From Escherichia phage JLBYU50: a DNA stretch of 64,000 nucleotides. The position numbers were made by a program, and so were the translations under genes. The stretch lies in sequence record OK272470.1. One strand, written 5' to 3'. The notes under the pieces were generated by a model. That model had not been told where the DNA came from. It searched no databases and saw nothing but the letters and a program-made list of their open reading frames with translations. Each line of letters starts with the position of its first letter. The first letter of the stretch is position 1. This document shows, piece after piece, positions 38,105-47,620 of the stretch.

Positions 38105-39194
38105 GTTTAACAGTTTGAATCATACCATCTTCAAGAGATTGCACTTCTTGAATGTAATCAATACGCGCAGCACGGGCTTCAGTGTTGATTCGGTTAGTTT
38201 CTTCCAACATTTTAACTAAGTTTTCTTGATCGCGACGTAATGTCTCAATATCCAATACTTGACGATTAGCAAGTTGTGTAGCTTCAATTTGGTTTTGTGC
38301 CGCCAGATCACTACCCATTGCAATAGCAGCATTAAATTCATTCAGCACATTGTTCTGTGTATCGGCTGCTTTCTTCTGGCGTAGACTTTCAATATACATA
38401 GAAAAGTTTGCAGAGTAAGCAGGGATAACATTATTCACAATATTACGGGCTGATCGCATCAAACTTGCAGATACTTTCTGCATACTTTGTACACGTGGCC
38501 CCATCTGAACACACAGTAAGCGTAGGGCTTTCAGGTCTGCAATACGAATTTCAAGCAGATCCATAGTATCACGAGTACGTTGACGCTCTTCTACCTCATT
38601 TTCAGGCAGTGTATTAAGGCGAACTTCTTCTTTTTCATACGTAGCTGTTAGAAGCTCTATATCTCTGTTTAAGCTAAGAGCATATTTGGCAATAGCCTCT
38701 TCTAAACGTTGCAGATATCGTAAAGAATCTTCTTCTTTTTTCAAGTCTGTTTGGAGTGTCTTTACCAAACCTTCAATACGATTATTGATGGTGTCAAATT
38801 CTCCAAACAAATCTTCTTTCATACCTAATACTTTCTTAACTAGTTTACCTAAGCCTTTAGATTGCTTAATAGAGTTAGGATCAAGTTGCTTTGCTTGCTT
38901 AATAAGTGCAGTTAAACGTTCACTCATTTCATCCCCCTGAGATGAACGCTGGTGTTTAAGCACTTCAGCATTAAGGTTACGAAGAGTAAGTCCTGCATCA
39001 GCACCAACTTGTTCAATCTCTTCACGAGACATTGGAGGCAGCATTTGTACAGGTCGTGCAACAGCAGGGGCATATACAGGGCTTGCATCCATAGCACTTG
39101 GAGCAAATAAAGACTTACTTTTTTCTGTTGTTGCCGTGAATACACTCATTTCAGACGGTTTGCTTTTTACGGCACTGATAAAAGGACTGGACAT
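38091..39194 (-). CDS. TelA-like (toxic anion resistance family) coiled-coil protein
   Basis: 367-aa all-helical protein; assignment rests on overall pattern and genomic linkage with TerD/TerC/vWA genes. Confidence 0.45.
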   Translation of the reverse strand: MSSPFISAVKSKPSEMSVFTATTEKSKSLFAPSAMDASPVYAPAVARPVQMLPPMSREEIEQVGADAGLTLRNLNAEVLKHQRSSQGDEMSERLTALIKQAKQLDPNSIKQSKGLGKLVKKVLGMKEDLFGEFDTINNRIEGLVKTLQTDLKKEEDSLRYLQRLEEAIAKYALSLNRDIELLTATYEKEEVRLNTLPENEVEERQRTRDTMDLLEIRIADLKALRLLCVQMGPRVQSMQKVSASLMRSARNIVNNVIPAYSANFSMYIESLRQKKAADTQNNVLNEFNAAIAMGSDLAAQNQIEATQLANRQVLDIETLRRDQENLVKMLEETNRINTEARAARIDYIQEVQSLEDGMIQTVKRGLL

Positions 39195-39262
39195 TCAATT
39201 TCCTCCATATTCTTTAGTAGATGGTGATACCTCTGTACCACCATCATAACACAAATTAAGTA

Positions 39263-40114
39263 TTAAACAAACATATCTAAATAATTTGTAGTAATAAACG
39301 CCCCATCTGCTTCCAGATTAACATAACCAGTAGCATTAGTGGTTAAGAAATCCAGATCGAAGGACTCTTTAACACCCCGTACCTCAACACGAGAGATATC
39401 GAATACAGGTAGTGTAACAGCCTCTTCGTGCAATACCGTACCTTTGTAGGTTGCCTTAATGATAAACTTGATATTACCCGTTCCAGCATCATACAAAACA
39501 CTTTCAAACCCTTTGAGAGTATATTTATCACCAGAAGTGAAGTGCAAAGTTGCTTTGTTTACAGTACGTTTTTTACGAGGAGTTCCTTTCACACGTTTAT
39601 GATCACTACGTTTTTTGTACTTAGGAATGAATACAAACGATACATTCTGAAGAAAGGTATCAACATCAAGGATTTTAATATCCTCTGTTGCAGCAAATTT
39701 TGAAGTCGTTGCATCAAAATGCTTTTCCCTGCGATCATACATAAAGATATCAAACCGATCTTCTAAATCAAACAAATTATGTATTTTAATTTCAGAATGC
39801 TTGCGCATTGCAGCAACCTTGAACTCTTCAAAACGTGGGTGTTCTACAAGTTCTTCAAGTTTTACACCAAAGACAGTATATTGCTTCGGAGTTTTTTCTG
39901 GTGTTGGCATTACAGAAGCATAATCCCCGATTGCGCTCTTAAAGCAAAATTGTTCTTGACCTGTATTTTTACCAACGAATTTACAGTATTCATCATTGTG
40001 CATACTTTCCTTAGTAGTACCAACAAACTCAAAACCATCTTTATTCTTCTCAAGAATTTCTTGATTAAAGATCCAACCTTCCAGGCGATACACTTTACCA
40101 ACTTCTAGTTTCAT
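39263..40114 (-). CDS. hypothetical protein
   Basis: 283-aa ORF. Confidence 0.5.
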   Translation of the reverse strand: MKLEVGKVYRLEGWIFNQEILEKNKDGFEFVGTTKESMHNDEYCKFVGKNTGQEQFCFKSAIGDYASVMPTPEKTPKQYTVFGVKLEELVEHPRFEEFKVAAMRKHSEIKIHNLFDLEDRFDIFMYDRREKHFDATTSKFAATEDIKILDVDTFLQNVSFVFIPKYKKRSDHKRVKGTPRKKRTVNKATLHFTSGDKYTLKGFESVLYDAGTGNIKFIIKATYKGTVLHEEAVTLPVFDISRVEVRGVKESFDLDFLTTNATGYVNLEADGAFITTNYLDMFV

Positions 40115-40149
40115 CTGTTTCTCCTTCTTATTTAATCTGTATTAAATTA

Positions 40150-40740
40150 TTAACGACGACGTGAGCTACTAAAACTACGTTTCGACGAAGAATAACTTTT
40201 CGAAGACTTACTATAAGAGCTAATAGGACTTGAGTAAGACTTACGAGCAGAGTAATCACTATTCACTTTTGTTGTTGATGGGCGTGAATACGTTTGTACA
40301 CTTTGCTGCTTAATTGTGTTTTGTTTAGTGGTTGTATATGTATTTCCTTGTTTATCATAAAAACTATGCTTTTGTGTTGTATATGCTTTGCTATTAGTTG
40401 TAGGAGCAGCGTTGTTATTGATAATTGTTGTATTGCTACCGCCATCTCTATAACCACCACCGCCACTATTACCACTCAACATATGACCAAGAAGCATACC
40501 TGTAGCAAACTCACCTACACCAGAAGAACCACTGCCGCCTCCTTGCACAACAACTGTTGAAGGTTGTGCAGGTGCTGCTTGAACAACTTGAGGTGCAGGT
40601 TGATTTACATATTGTTCATCTACCATCTGATTTGGTGTTTGTTGGTAACGTTGATTTTGTACATTTTCAGAATCATCACAACCTACCAGCAATACACTAC
40701 CTAAAACAACTGCAACAATAAAAGATTTAATGTTTTTCAT
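40150..40740 (-). CDS. outer-membrane lipoprotein with Gly-zipper-like and Ser/Tyr-rich regions
   Basis: Start reassigned to ATG at 40740; signal peptide with lipobox LLVGC; GGGSGSSGVGEFATGMLLGHMLSGNSGGGG. Confidence 0.5.
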   Translation of the reverse strand: MKNIKSFIVAVVLGSVLLVGCDDSENVQNQRYQQTPNQMVDEQYVNQPAPQVVQAAPAQPSTVVVQGGGSGSSGVGEFATGMLLGHMLSGNSGGGGYRDGGSNTTIINNNAAPTTNSKAYTTQKHSFYDKQGNTYTTTKQNTIKQQSVQTYSRPSTTKVNSDYSARKSYSSPISSYSKSSKSYSSSKRSFSSSRRR

Positions 40741-40933
40741 TTGTAACCCTCTCATTTAAAGTCTCAACACAATTTTTAAAATCCCTAGAGAAACAATACA
40801 TCTGTTCTCCGTTCCTGTTGATAGTAATTGTATGGTTATCAATATATGTTGTCAAGATAAAAATCAAACAAAACAACCCTAGAGCAAAACAAATATTTTC
40901 AAACAGAATCCAAAGAACACGTAAAACCACCAT
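40727..40933 (-). CDS. small membrane protein
   Basis: 68 aa with hydrophobic LGLFCLIFILTTYI segment. Confidence 0.35.
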   Translation of the reverse strand: MVVLRVLWILFENICFALGLFCLIFILTTYIDNHTITINRNGEQMYCFSRDFKNCVETLNERVTNEKH

Positions 40934-40946
40934 CAGATCACCTCAA

Positions 40947-40968
40947 TAAAGCCCCCGAAGGGGCTTAA
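40947..40968 (-). terminator. stem-loop downstream of TerC-family gene
   Basis: aagcccc-cgaa-ggggctt hairpin. Confidence 0.55.
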
Positions 40969-40972
40969 TGAA

Positions 40973-41950
40973 TTAAGCAACAGCCTGGTCTTCTTTTTCA
41001 GGGAAGATTAAACTTGCAATAACACCCAACCCAAGAGTACCTAACACAATATACATACTGATCGTCGGATCAATGTGTGCTGGTAGGAAACTCACTTTTG
41101 CGTGCAGAGTTTCTGCAAACGGGTGATACATCAGTTTTACACCCACAAATACCAGGACTACGATAACTGCTTTCTCCAGATGAACCAAATACTTCAGTGC
41201 AACACTAAGAACAAAGAACAGAGCGCGTAAACCTAAGATTGCACAGAGCATCGAAGAGAACACCAGCAGAGGTTCTTGTGTCACTGCAATTACTGCTGGA
41301 ACAGAGTCTACTGCAAAGATTACGTCAACCATTTCCATTACAAACACACAAACCAGAGCCGGAGTTGCTACACGAACACCATTTTTGATTGTGAAGAACT
41401 TCTCACCATCCATCTGATCAGATACAGGGAACAGCTTACGAACAATGCGAGTAGCCCAGTGTTTAGAGTAATCAACTTCTGCATCATTATCTCCAGCGAA
41501 TACCATTTTAGCCGCACAGAAAAGGATGACAGCACCGAAGAAGATATTAACATACCAGCCCAAACTCAACAAGTAAGTACCTACTGCTACAAACACACCT
41601 CGGAAGACAATCGCACCTGCAATACCCCAAAGTAGAATCTTGTGTTGCAAGTGTGTGCTTTTAATACCAAAACTTGCGAATACTGCCACAAATACTACTA
41701 AGTTATCTACAGAAAGAGATTTCTCCAACACATACCCACTCAAGAACAAACTCGCAAAATCAGCACCGTGTTGGAAGTATACAAAACCATAGTAGGCTAA
41801 TGATACCCCAATCCAGAAAATTGACCAACCAACTGCCGATTTAAATGAAATCTCTTTGTTTTCTCTGTGTCCAAAGAAATCAATACAAATCGACAACACT
41901 AAAATACCCACTAAAACAACCACATCAATAATTGGGAAACCCAGTTGCAT
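40973..41950 (-). CDS. TerC-family integral membrane protein
   Basis: Multi-TM 325-aa protein with duplicated signature LEKSLSVDNLVVFVAVF and FAVDSVPAVIAVT. Confidence 0.75.
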   Translation of the reverse strand: MQLGFPIIDVVVLVGILVLSICIDFFGHRENKEISFKSAVGWSIFWIGVSLAYYGFVYFQHGADFASLFLSGYVLEKSLSVDNLVVFVAVFASFGIKSTHLQHKILLWGIAGAIVFRGVFVAVGTYLLSLGWYVNIFFGAVILFCAAKMVFAGDNDAEVDYSKHWATRIVRKLFPVSDQMDGEKFFTIKNGVRVATPALVCVFVMEMVDVIFAVDSVPAVIAVTQEPLLVFSSMLCAILGLRALFFVLSVALKYLVHLEKAVIVVLVFVGVKLMYHPFAETLHAKVSFLPAHIDPTISMYIVLGTLGLGVIASLIFPEKEDQAVA

Positions 41951-41968
41951 TCTTTTCTCCTCTTTAAT

Positions 41969-41987
41969 GCGGAGGACAATCCTCCGC
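41969..41987 (-). promoter_or_regulatory. hairpin in 5' leader of TerC-family gene
   Basis: gcggagg-acaat-cctccgc stem-loop immediately upstream of the RBS gaggag. Confidence 0.35.
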
Positions 41988-42027
41988 TCTATGTCTTATA
42001 CTATAAACTGTTTTTAAAGAAAGTCAA

Positions 42028-42327
42028 CTAGTTCAGTTCTGTAATTTTAAGTTTATCTTCTTTGTTAATGATAGGGAAAGCTACAGCATCACCTACGTCA
42101 TCAATAAAGCAAATAGCAAGGCCACCTTCCACTTTGCTAATCTGACCATTAAAGGCGTGATACGGGGCAGGAACTTGATCTCCATCTTCAAGGAGAATAG
42201 CCTCGTAAACCTTGCCGATAGTACAATCACGAGTGTTTCTAAATTTTTCAAGCACTTCAACATTTACTTTACGCATATAAAATCCTCTCTTATTTGTTAG
42301 ATTGAAAGATACCACGGAGTACCGCAA
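42028..42327 (-). CDS. hypothetical protein
   Basis: 99-aa ORF. Confidence 0.45.
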   Translation of the reverse strand: MRYSVVSFNLTNKRGFYMRKVNVEVLEKFRNTRDCTIGKVYEAILLEDGDQVPAPYHAFNGQISKVEGGLAICFIDDVGDAVAFPIINKEDKLKITELN

Positions 42328-42496
42328 GAATGAACGTCACACAGACTACACTCCAAAACGTTACAGGAACATGATGCCAGTCTAAGCCGATAATGTCAAT
42401 CATATAATTGTATGCTAAAAGCAGTAGCCAACTAGGGATTAACACAATCAAGAACACAACAATAAAACAACCTAATACTGCTAAAACACCTGCCAT
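42290..42496 (-). CDS. small two-helix membrane protein
   Basis: 68 aa, two hydrophobic helices. Confidence 0.4.
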   Translation of the reverse strand: MAGVLAVLGCFIVVFLIVLIPSWLLLLAYNYMIDIIGLDWHHVPVTFWSVVCVTFILAVLRGIFQSNK

Positions 42497-42505
42497 ACTT
42501 TCTCC

Positions 42506-42883
42506 TTATTTCAGTTTGTAAACAATTACATTTAAACCTTTGTTTACTAGAGTTTCTTCGATCATAAGTTTTACAATATTCCAAGAACCTCCAGCCAAAC
42601 CACAACCAAGCATTGGTAAACCTACAATTTTACCGCCTGAAGATACAACATCGTCTCCCATACTATCTAGCGCATTGTAGATAGCTTCATAATTCAGGTC
42701 ACGCTTACCTTCCTCACGACGACTATAACCATATTGTCCATATAAATTATAAATTGTCAAATTGTTTTCTGTATATTTGGTAAACGTACCTAATTTTTTA
42801 TAATCACCACGTTTAGTGGCACAATCTGCTTTAAACGCACCAGGCCACTTGCTTTTAATTTTTGGTGCAATACCACTACCCAT
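42506..42883 (-). CDS. macro-domain-like protein (N-terminally truncated relative to canonical macro)
   Basis: MGSGIAPKIKSKWPG resembles macro Gly-rich phosphate loop; C-terminal KIVGLPMLGCGLAGGSWNIV resembles second macro signature; start overlaps stop of AAA+ gene. Confidence 0.4.
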   Translation of the reverse strand: MGSGIAPKIKSKWPGAFKADCATKRGDYKKLGTFTKYTENNLTIYNLYGQYGYSRREEGKRDLNYEAIYNALDSMGDDVVSSGGKIVGLPMLGCGLAGGSWNIVKLMIEETLVNKGLNVIVYKLK

Positions 42884-43829
42884 AGTGCAAAAACAGTTGA
42901 AGATGCTCTTCTCCTGACTTATGGTCTACAGCTACAACATAACGATTACCGCTAAACAAACCTTGTGCTGTCATACCGTCAATATCGGTATCTGCCGAAA
43001 CATCTCCTGTACGATCTACACCGTTAACTTTCAGGAGTTTAACTTCTTTTGCAGCATAGCGGTGTTCAGTAATACTGATACCCATTAATGCAAGTGCATC
43101 AGAGAATTTGTCATTAGGGTAACGGTTAAGTTCTTCTACTAGTGACTGAACAATATCAAAGTTCAAGTCCACGGAAAGATTATAAAGCGTTTCAAAATCT
43201 GGTAAAAAGGCTTTGTTCTCCAGATTTTTAGCCAGATAGTCATCCATAGTAGCTTTAGGTAGTTTCTTATAGCTAAAGCTGTAGAAAATACGGCTAGGAC
43301 GATTACGCAAAAATTCTGATACATAACCATCATTTTTAGTCAATACAAACAGCTTGTCATAGCCACCAACACCATCCAGCAGGGTAAGCAAACCATCCTG
43401 TGCATCTTTTTCAGCATACAGTTTATCAAATTCATCGATCATAATCATCACAGGTTGTGTGATTTTAGACATAAAATTGATAAAGCCTTCACCATTAAAA
43501 GCACTACCGATAGAAATAGTAGGAATACCCATTTCACGAAGAGCAGAAGATAGCATTTTAGCTTGCAAAGTTTTACCGCTACCCTTCGTACCCTCAAGGA
43601 GAACACCTGTGTTTTTACCTTTGCGGCTAAGGAACGTCTTGATAATACGTTCTGATTTATCATCAGTATCACCGTATGTTACTGAAGGGACTTCCATATC
43701 GTTTTTAGGATACAGGAAGAACTCACCACTTTGAGTAACACCTACACCAAAAGTTCCTGCTGGAATTTCTTCAATATCTGTACCAGACTTCTGACGCAGG
43801 AAGATTTGATTGCCGAATACTGTAAACAT
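42876..43829 (-). CDS. AAA+ ATPase (paralog A)
   Basis: Walker A GTKGSGKT; Walker B IMIDEFDK; sensor-1 FVLTKN; Arg-finger NRPSRIFY. Confidence 0.65.
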   Translation of the reverse strand: MFTVFGNQIFLRQKSGTDIEEIPAGTFGVGVTQSGEFFLYPKNDMEVPSVTYGDTDDKSERIIKTFLSRKGKNTGVLLEGTKGSGKTLQAKMLSSALREMGIPTISIGSAFNGEGFINFMSKITQPVMIMIDEFDKLYAEKDAQDGLLTLLDGVGGYDKLFVLTKNDGYVSEFLRNRPSRIFYSFSYKKLPKATMDDYLAKNLENKAFLPDFETLYNLSVDLNFDIVQSLVEELNRYPNDKFSDALALMGISITEHRYAAKEVKLLKVNGVDRTGDVSADTDIDGMTAQGLFSGNRYVVAVDHKSGEEHLQLFLHYG

Positions 43830-43849
43830 AGTTTTCTCCTCTATTTAAT

Positions 43850-44320
43850 TTAGTCAGATTCCCAAATGTTGTCTTTCTTAACCCACATTCGTTGATTATC
43901 TGAACCTCTATAACGTTTCGTTGTTGGTTGATTCATATCATACTTACCATCTATCACTATGTCAACCAGTTTTTTAATTTTTTCTGGAATTTCTTCAAAA
44001 AGATATCCTGTATATAAGACAATATCTTTTTTGTTTCCAAAACAATCTCTTACCTTTTCAAGAACATACTCTACAGTATCAATGTTCTCTTTGTCAAGAG
44101 GTTCACCACCTAAAACTGTTAATCCTTTAATGAAAGGTCGAGATAAATCTTTCAAGATAAGATCTAATGTTTCAGTAGTGAACTCTTGTCCGTAGTTATA
44201 CGACCAGGCTTTCTGGTTAAAGCAGCCACGGCAACCGTGGCTACAACCGCTCACCCACAAAGAGCATCTTACACCGTCACCGTTGAGCATGTCAACAGGT
44301 TCATATCCGGCGTAATTCAA
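43850..44320 (-). CDS. nrdG: anaerobic ribonucleotide reductase activating protein (radical SAM)
   Basis: CSHGCRGCFN radical-SAM cysteine cluster; 156 aa; start overlaps nrdD stop. Confidence 0.8.
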   Translation of the reverse strand: MNYAGYEPVDMLNGDGVRCSLWVSGCSHGCRGCFNQKAWSYNYGQEFTTETLDLILKDLSRPFIKGLTVLGGEPLDKENIDTVEYVLEKVRDCFGNKKDIVLYTGYLFEEIPEKIKKLVDIVIDGKYDMNQPTTKRYRGSDNQRMWVKKDNIWESD

Positions 44321-46116
44321 AAATGTTTCTCCCTTTCTAATACTTCTTGCATTTTACCTTTATTATAAGGGCGAGAGTTAGGGGCAGAAAGGTATCCTGA
44401 CACTCTTCTGATCACAGATATGGATTCTTCTTCATGATTACCGCAACTTGGACACTCGAAGCCTTTAGCCGTTGCTTTAAATTCACCATGAAAACCACAT
44501 TTGAAACACTGATCTACAGGTTGGTTCACGCCAAAATAAGGAATTTTATTGTAGGCATAATCTACAAGAGTTTCCAGTGCTTGCAAGTTATTTTTAAGGT
44601 TTGGTGTTTCTACATAACCTATGTTCCCACCATTACTAATTTGTGCAAAACCTTCCTCATAATCCCACTTTTGGAACGGGGTAGTGTGCATCCACACAGG
44701 TTGATGGAAAGAGTTTGTCAAGTAGTCACGATCAATAGAACCAGGATAGCGATCATTTAATGCTTTGGCAAATTTATAGCACAAGGATTCTGCTGGTGTT
44801 CCATACAAACTAAAAGCTAAACCAGAACGTTCTTTAAATGTGCCACAGATATCCTTCATATATTGAAGGATGTTTTTACCCATTGCTTTTGGATTGGTGT
44901 TACCTGGGTATAAAATCTCCATAGCTTCTGCTAAACCTACGTAACCGATACTAATAGAGGCATAACCACCTTCGAATAGTTTACCAATCTCTTCATTAGC
45001 TTCTAGTCGAGCTAAAGCCCCTTCCATAAACAATGTAGGGTTTTGAGATGCTTTGGTATGTCTAATACGGTTAACACGTAGCATATGTGCCTTATACGCC
45101 ATCTCCATATGTTGTTCCAACAGTTCAGTAAATAAGATGCCCTTTTCACGGGACTCTGCTGCAATGATAGGTAAGTTTAAAGAAACTACGCCTAAGTTGA
45201 AACGACCATCATATTTTTCACCTTGCTCTGTTGCATAGTATGACAAGAAGCTACGGCAACCCATGCTTGTGACGCGACCATCTGAAGATCCTGTAACCTC
45301 TTTGTTTAAAGGTACAGAGATAAAATCAGGATAAATGCGTTCAGCACAACACTCCATTGCCAGTTGCTTCAAATCATAGTTTGGATCGCCAGCTTTCATG
45401 TTAACACCATCTTCCAAGAAGAAGATAACTTTAGGAAACACAGGAGTTACTCTATCTTTTCCCAACCCTTGTTTGTGCACCATTAGGTAGTTTTTAGTGA
45501 TCATTCTACCAAAAGCAGAGGTATCCAAGCCTAAACTAATTGTTATAAAAGGTGACTGACCATTTACACTCATTAGAGTGTTCACCTGGTAGATTAAAGT
45601 TTGCATTGCATCATAGACCTGTTTATCTACCATACGCATAGCAATATCATAATCACCAACATCAGCATATATTTTATTAAAACTTGCTTTAACGTATTGA
45701 CTAAGCCCAGTATCAACATGTGCACAAGTTTGTCCACCATATTGGCTAGAAGCTACTGCTTGAATAATTTGAGTTAGGACAGTAGTCGCTACACCGATAG
45801 ATTTTGGTTTTTCAATATGTGCATTACCAATACGGAAACCGTTCTCAAGCATATCTTGGTAATTTACCAGGCAACAATTAGTTAAAGGTGAGAGTAAATA
45901 ATCTAAATCGTGGATGTGACCATACCCACTTTTATGCCATTCTGCTAAATCTTCAGGTAAAATATGGGTCATTGCCATGTGCTTGCTTAGGATACCTGCT
46001 AGTAAATCTCGGTGAGTATTAACAATCATTGCAGGTTTGTTTGCATTTTCACGAGTAAATTCTTCGGATGTTTGTTCGAGGAATCCGATTACATCCTCAT
46101 ATAGTTTTTGGGTCAT
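44317..46116 (-). CDS. nrdD: anaerobic ribonucleoside-triphosphate reductase
   Basis: 599 aa; C-terminal Zn ribbon CFKCG...CPSCGNHEE and glycyl-radical motif RRVSGYL. Confidence 0.85.
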   Translation of the reverse strand: MTQKLYEDVIGFLEQTSEEFTRENANKPAMIVNTHRDLLAGILSKHMAMTHILPEDLAEWHKSGYGHIHDLDYLLSPLTNCCLVNYQDMLENGFRIGNAHIEKPKSIGVATTVLTQIIQAVASSQYGGQTCAHVDTGLSQYVKASFNKIYADVGDYDIAMRMVDKQVYDAMQTLIYQVNTLMSVNGQSPFITISLGLDTSAFGRMITKNYLMVHKQGLGKDRVTPVFPKVIFFLEDGVNMKAGDPNYDLKQLAMECCAERIYPDFISVPLNKEVTGSSDGRVTSMGCRSFLSYYATEQGEKYDGRFNLGVVSLNLPIIAAESREKGILFTELLEQHMEMAYKAHMLRVNRIRHTKASQNPTLFMEGALARLEANEEIGKLFEGGYASISIGYVGLAEAMEILYPGNTNPKAMGKNILQYMKDICGTFKERSGLAFSLYGTPAESLCYKFAKALNDRYPGSIDRDYLTNSFHQPVWMHTTPFQKWDYEEGFAQISNGGNIGYVETPNLKNNLQALETLVDYAYNKIPYFGVNQPVDQCFKCGFHGEFKATAKGFECPSCGNHEEESISVIRRVSGYLSAPNSRPYNKGKMQEVLEREKHF

Positions 46117-46135
46117 TAATCCTCCGTGGAAAATA

Positions 46136-46160
46136 AAAGCCAGCTTAATGCTGGCTTTAG
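46136..46160 (-). terminator. rho-independent terminator
   Basis: aagccagc-ttaat-gctggctt hairpin followed on - strand by TTATTTTCC. Confidence 0.65.
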
Positions 46161-46205
46161 GGTGGATCTTTATTTTAAATCTTTTTCGTAAGATTGTCCT
46201 TGATC

Positions 46206-47156
46206 TTAGTCAAGGTTTTTGGTAATACGTGTACAACCGTCAGAAGTCAAACCGTCAACTTGAGTTTCCCAAGTACCATGAATATTTCGGAACAATGTTG
46301 TTACACCTTTTGGTTCATTAATAATGATTGCCATAACAAGTTTAGGATCGATAACAGACATAATCTTTTCCTCAATACCCTCTGTAATAACATTATTGCG
46401 CACAATATTAATTGCATCTTCTTGTACAGTAAGAGCACTTACGTTCTTAAGAGTATATACCTGCTGCGTAGTGTAAATGATACGAACATAGCTTACAGAA
46501 CGAGTAGGCACAGGTTTACGCGGTCGGCGAAAACGTGGTTTTGGTGAAGATTCAGTCTTACTTTCATTTTTTGAATAATACTCCTCAAACAGTTTAGTAA
46601 ATGTTTTTACATCAACTACAAATCGATCTTTCCTATATGGAGAATTCTTATGTGCACCATTAATACCACTGTTTTCATCGAAGAAAGTAATGTTTTCTTC
46701 AGTTGAATACATTAGATAATGATCTGCATTTTTCCAATGTGGTTGTGGACAATGAGGATTACAAACGGAAAGCAAGTAATTAATATTTTCTTCCGTGGCC
46801 TCAGTATCCAGGAAACACGTATTATGCACAGTCAGTTGTACTTTTTCAGCCATATCTTTTTCTTTATCCTCTTTAGCAAGATATTCAGTACGAATAATCT
46901 CCAGAAAACCTTCAGGTGTTACTTCCATAAATTTATATTCAGGATGAAGCTCCATATATTCAAATCCACAACCATCTAATTGCTGTAGAAAGTTAGGGTA
47001 GAAGAACAAGTCATTAACACTATGAATCAGATCATTGATTTCTGCTTCAGATGTGTAACCAAAACTTTTGTGAATTGCTTCGTTAAGAATATGCAGGATA
47101 CCCATCTCTTCTGCTGCTTTTTTAACTTCCAGTTTATTAGCGTAAAATGCAATCAT
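46206..47156 (-). CDS. hypothetical protein
   Basis: 316-aa ORF. Confidence 0.5.
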   Translation of the reverse strand: MIAFYANKLEVKKAAEEMGILHILNEAIHKSFGYTSEAEINDLIHSVNDLFFYPNFLQQLDGCGFEYMELHPEYKFMEVTPEGFLEIIRTEYLAKEDKEKDMAEKVQLTVHNTCFLDTEATEENINYLLSVCNPHCPQPHWKNADHYLMYSTEENITFFDENSGINGAHKNSPYRKDRFVVDVKTFTKLFEEYYSKNESKTESSPKPRFRRPRKPVPTRSVSYVRIIYTTQQVYTLKNVSALTVQEDAINIVRNNVITEGIEEKIMSVIDPKLVMAIIINEPKGVTTLFRNIHGTWETQVDGLTSDGCTRITKNLD

Positions 47157-47173
47157 TATGTTCTCCTTCTAAA

Positions 47174-47608
47174 TTAGTTTAAAATTTCTTTTGCAATGGT
47201 AGAAGCAAGTTTTCCATCATATTGATTCGGATACTCTGCTTTAAGGTGTTTCATCATATCTGGCATTTTCTTGCCTGTCAAGGCAAATTCTTCAGCAATA
47301 GCTCGAAGATCATCTTCAGATAGCATTTCTGGCAAATATTTTTCCAGAGTGGTGATATCACGCATAGCTCGCTCACATTTGCTAATGGAGGCATTAACTT
47401 TCTTAAGCGAGTCTAGTTCCTCTTTAGCGTGTGCAATACCAATCTTAACAATGTTAATCATAATATCGTCTTCTGATTTATTCAGATTTACCTTTTGAGT
47501 ACGAGCAAGGTCAAACTCACCAATAATATTAGTTAACAAAGCAAAAGCACCCTTATCGGTTGTACGTGCTAAGATACGATCTGCTTTCATTTGTGTCACA
47601 ATAGACAT
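47174..47608 (-). CDS. YqeY/GatB C-terminal-like domain protein
   Basis: KYLPEMLSEDDLRAIAEEFALTGKKMPDMMKHLKAEYPNQYDGKLASTIAKEIL matches YqeY signature (YLPxQLSEEE..., GRADGKLVS). Confidence 0.6.
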   Translation of the reverse strand: MSIVTQMKADRILARTTDKGAFALLTNIIGEFDLARTQKVNLNKSEDDIMINIVKIGIAHAKEELDSLKKVNASISKCERAMRDITTLEKYLPEMLSEDDLRAIAEEFALTGKKMPDMMKHLKAEYPNQYDGKLASTIAKEILN

Positions 47609-47620
47609 TCTATTCTCCTC

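Noticed and set aside
42876-43829. AAA+ ATPases considered as terminase large subunit or packaging ATPase
   Set aside because: No C-terminal nuclease domain; classic AAA+ sensor-1 and Arg-finger arrangement; two paralogs located outside the structural module
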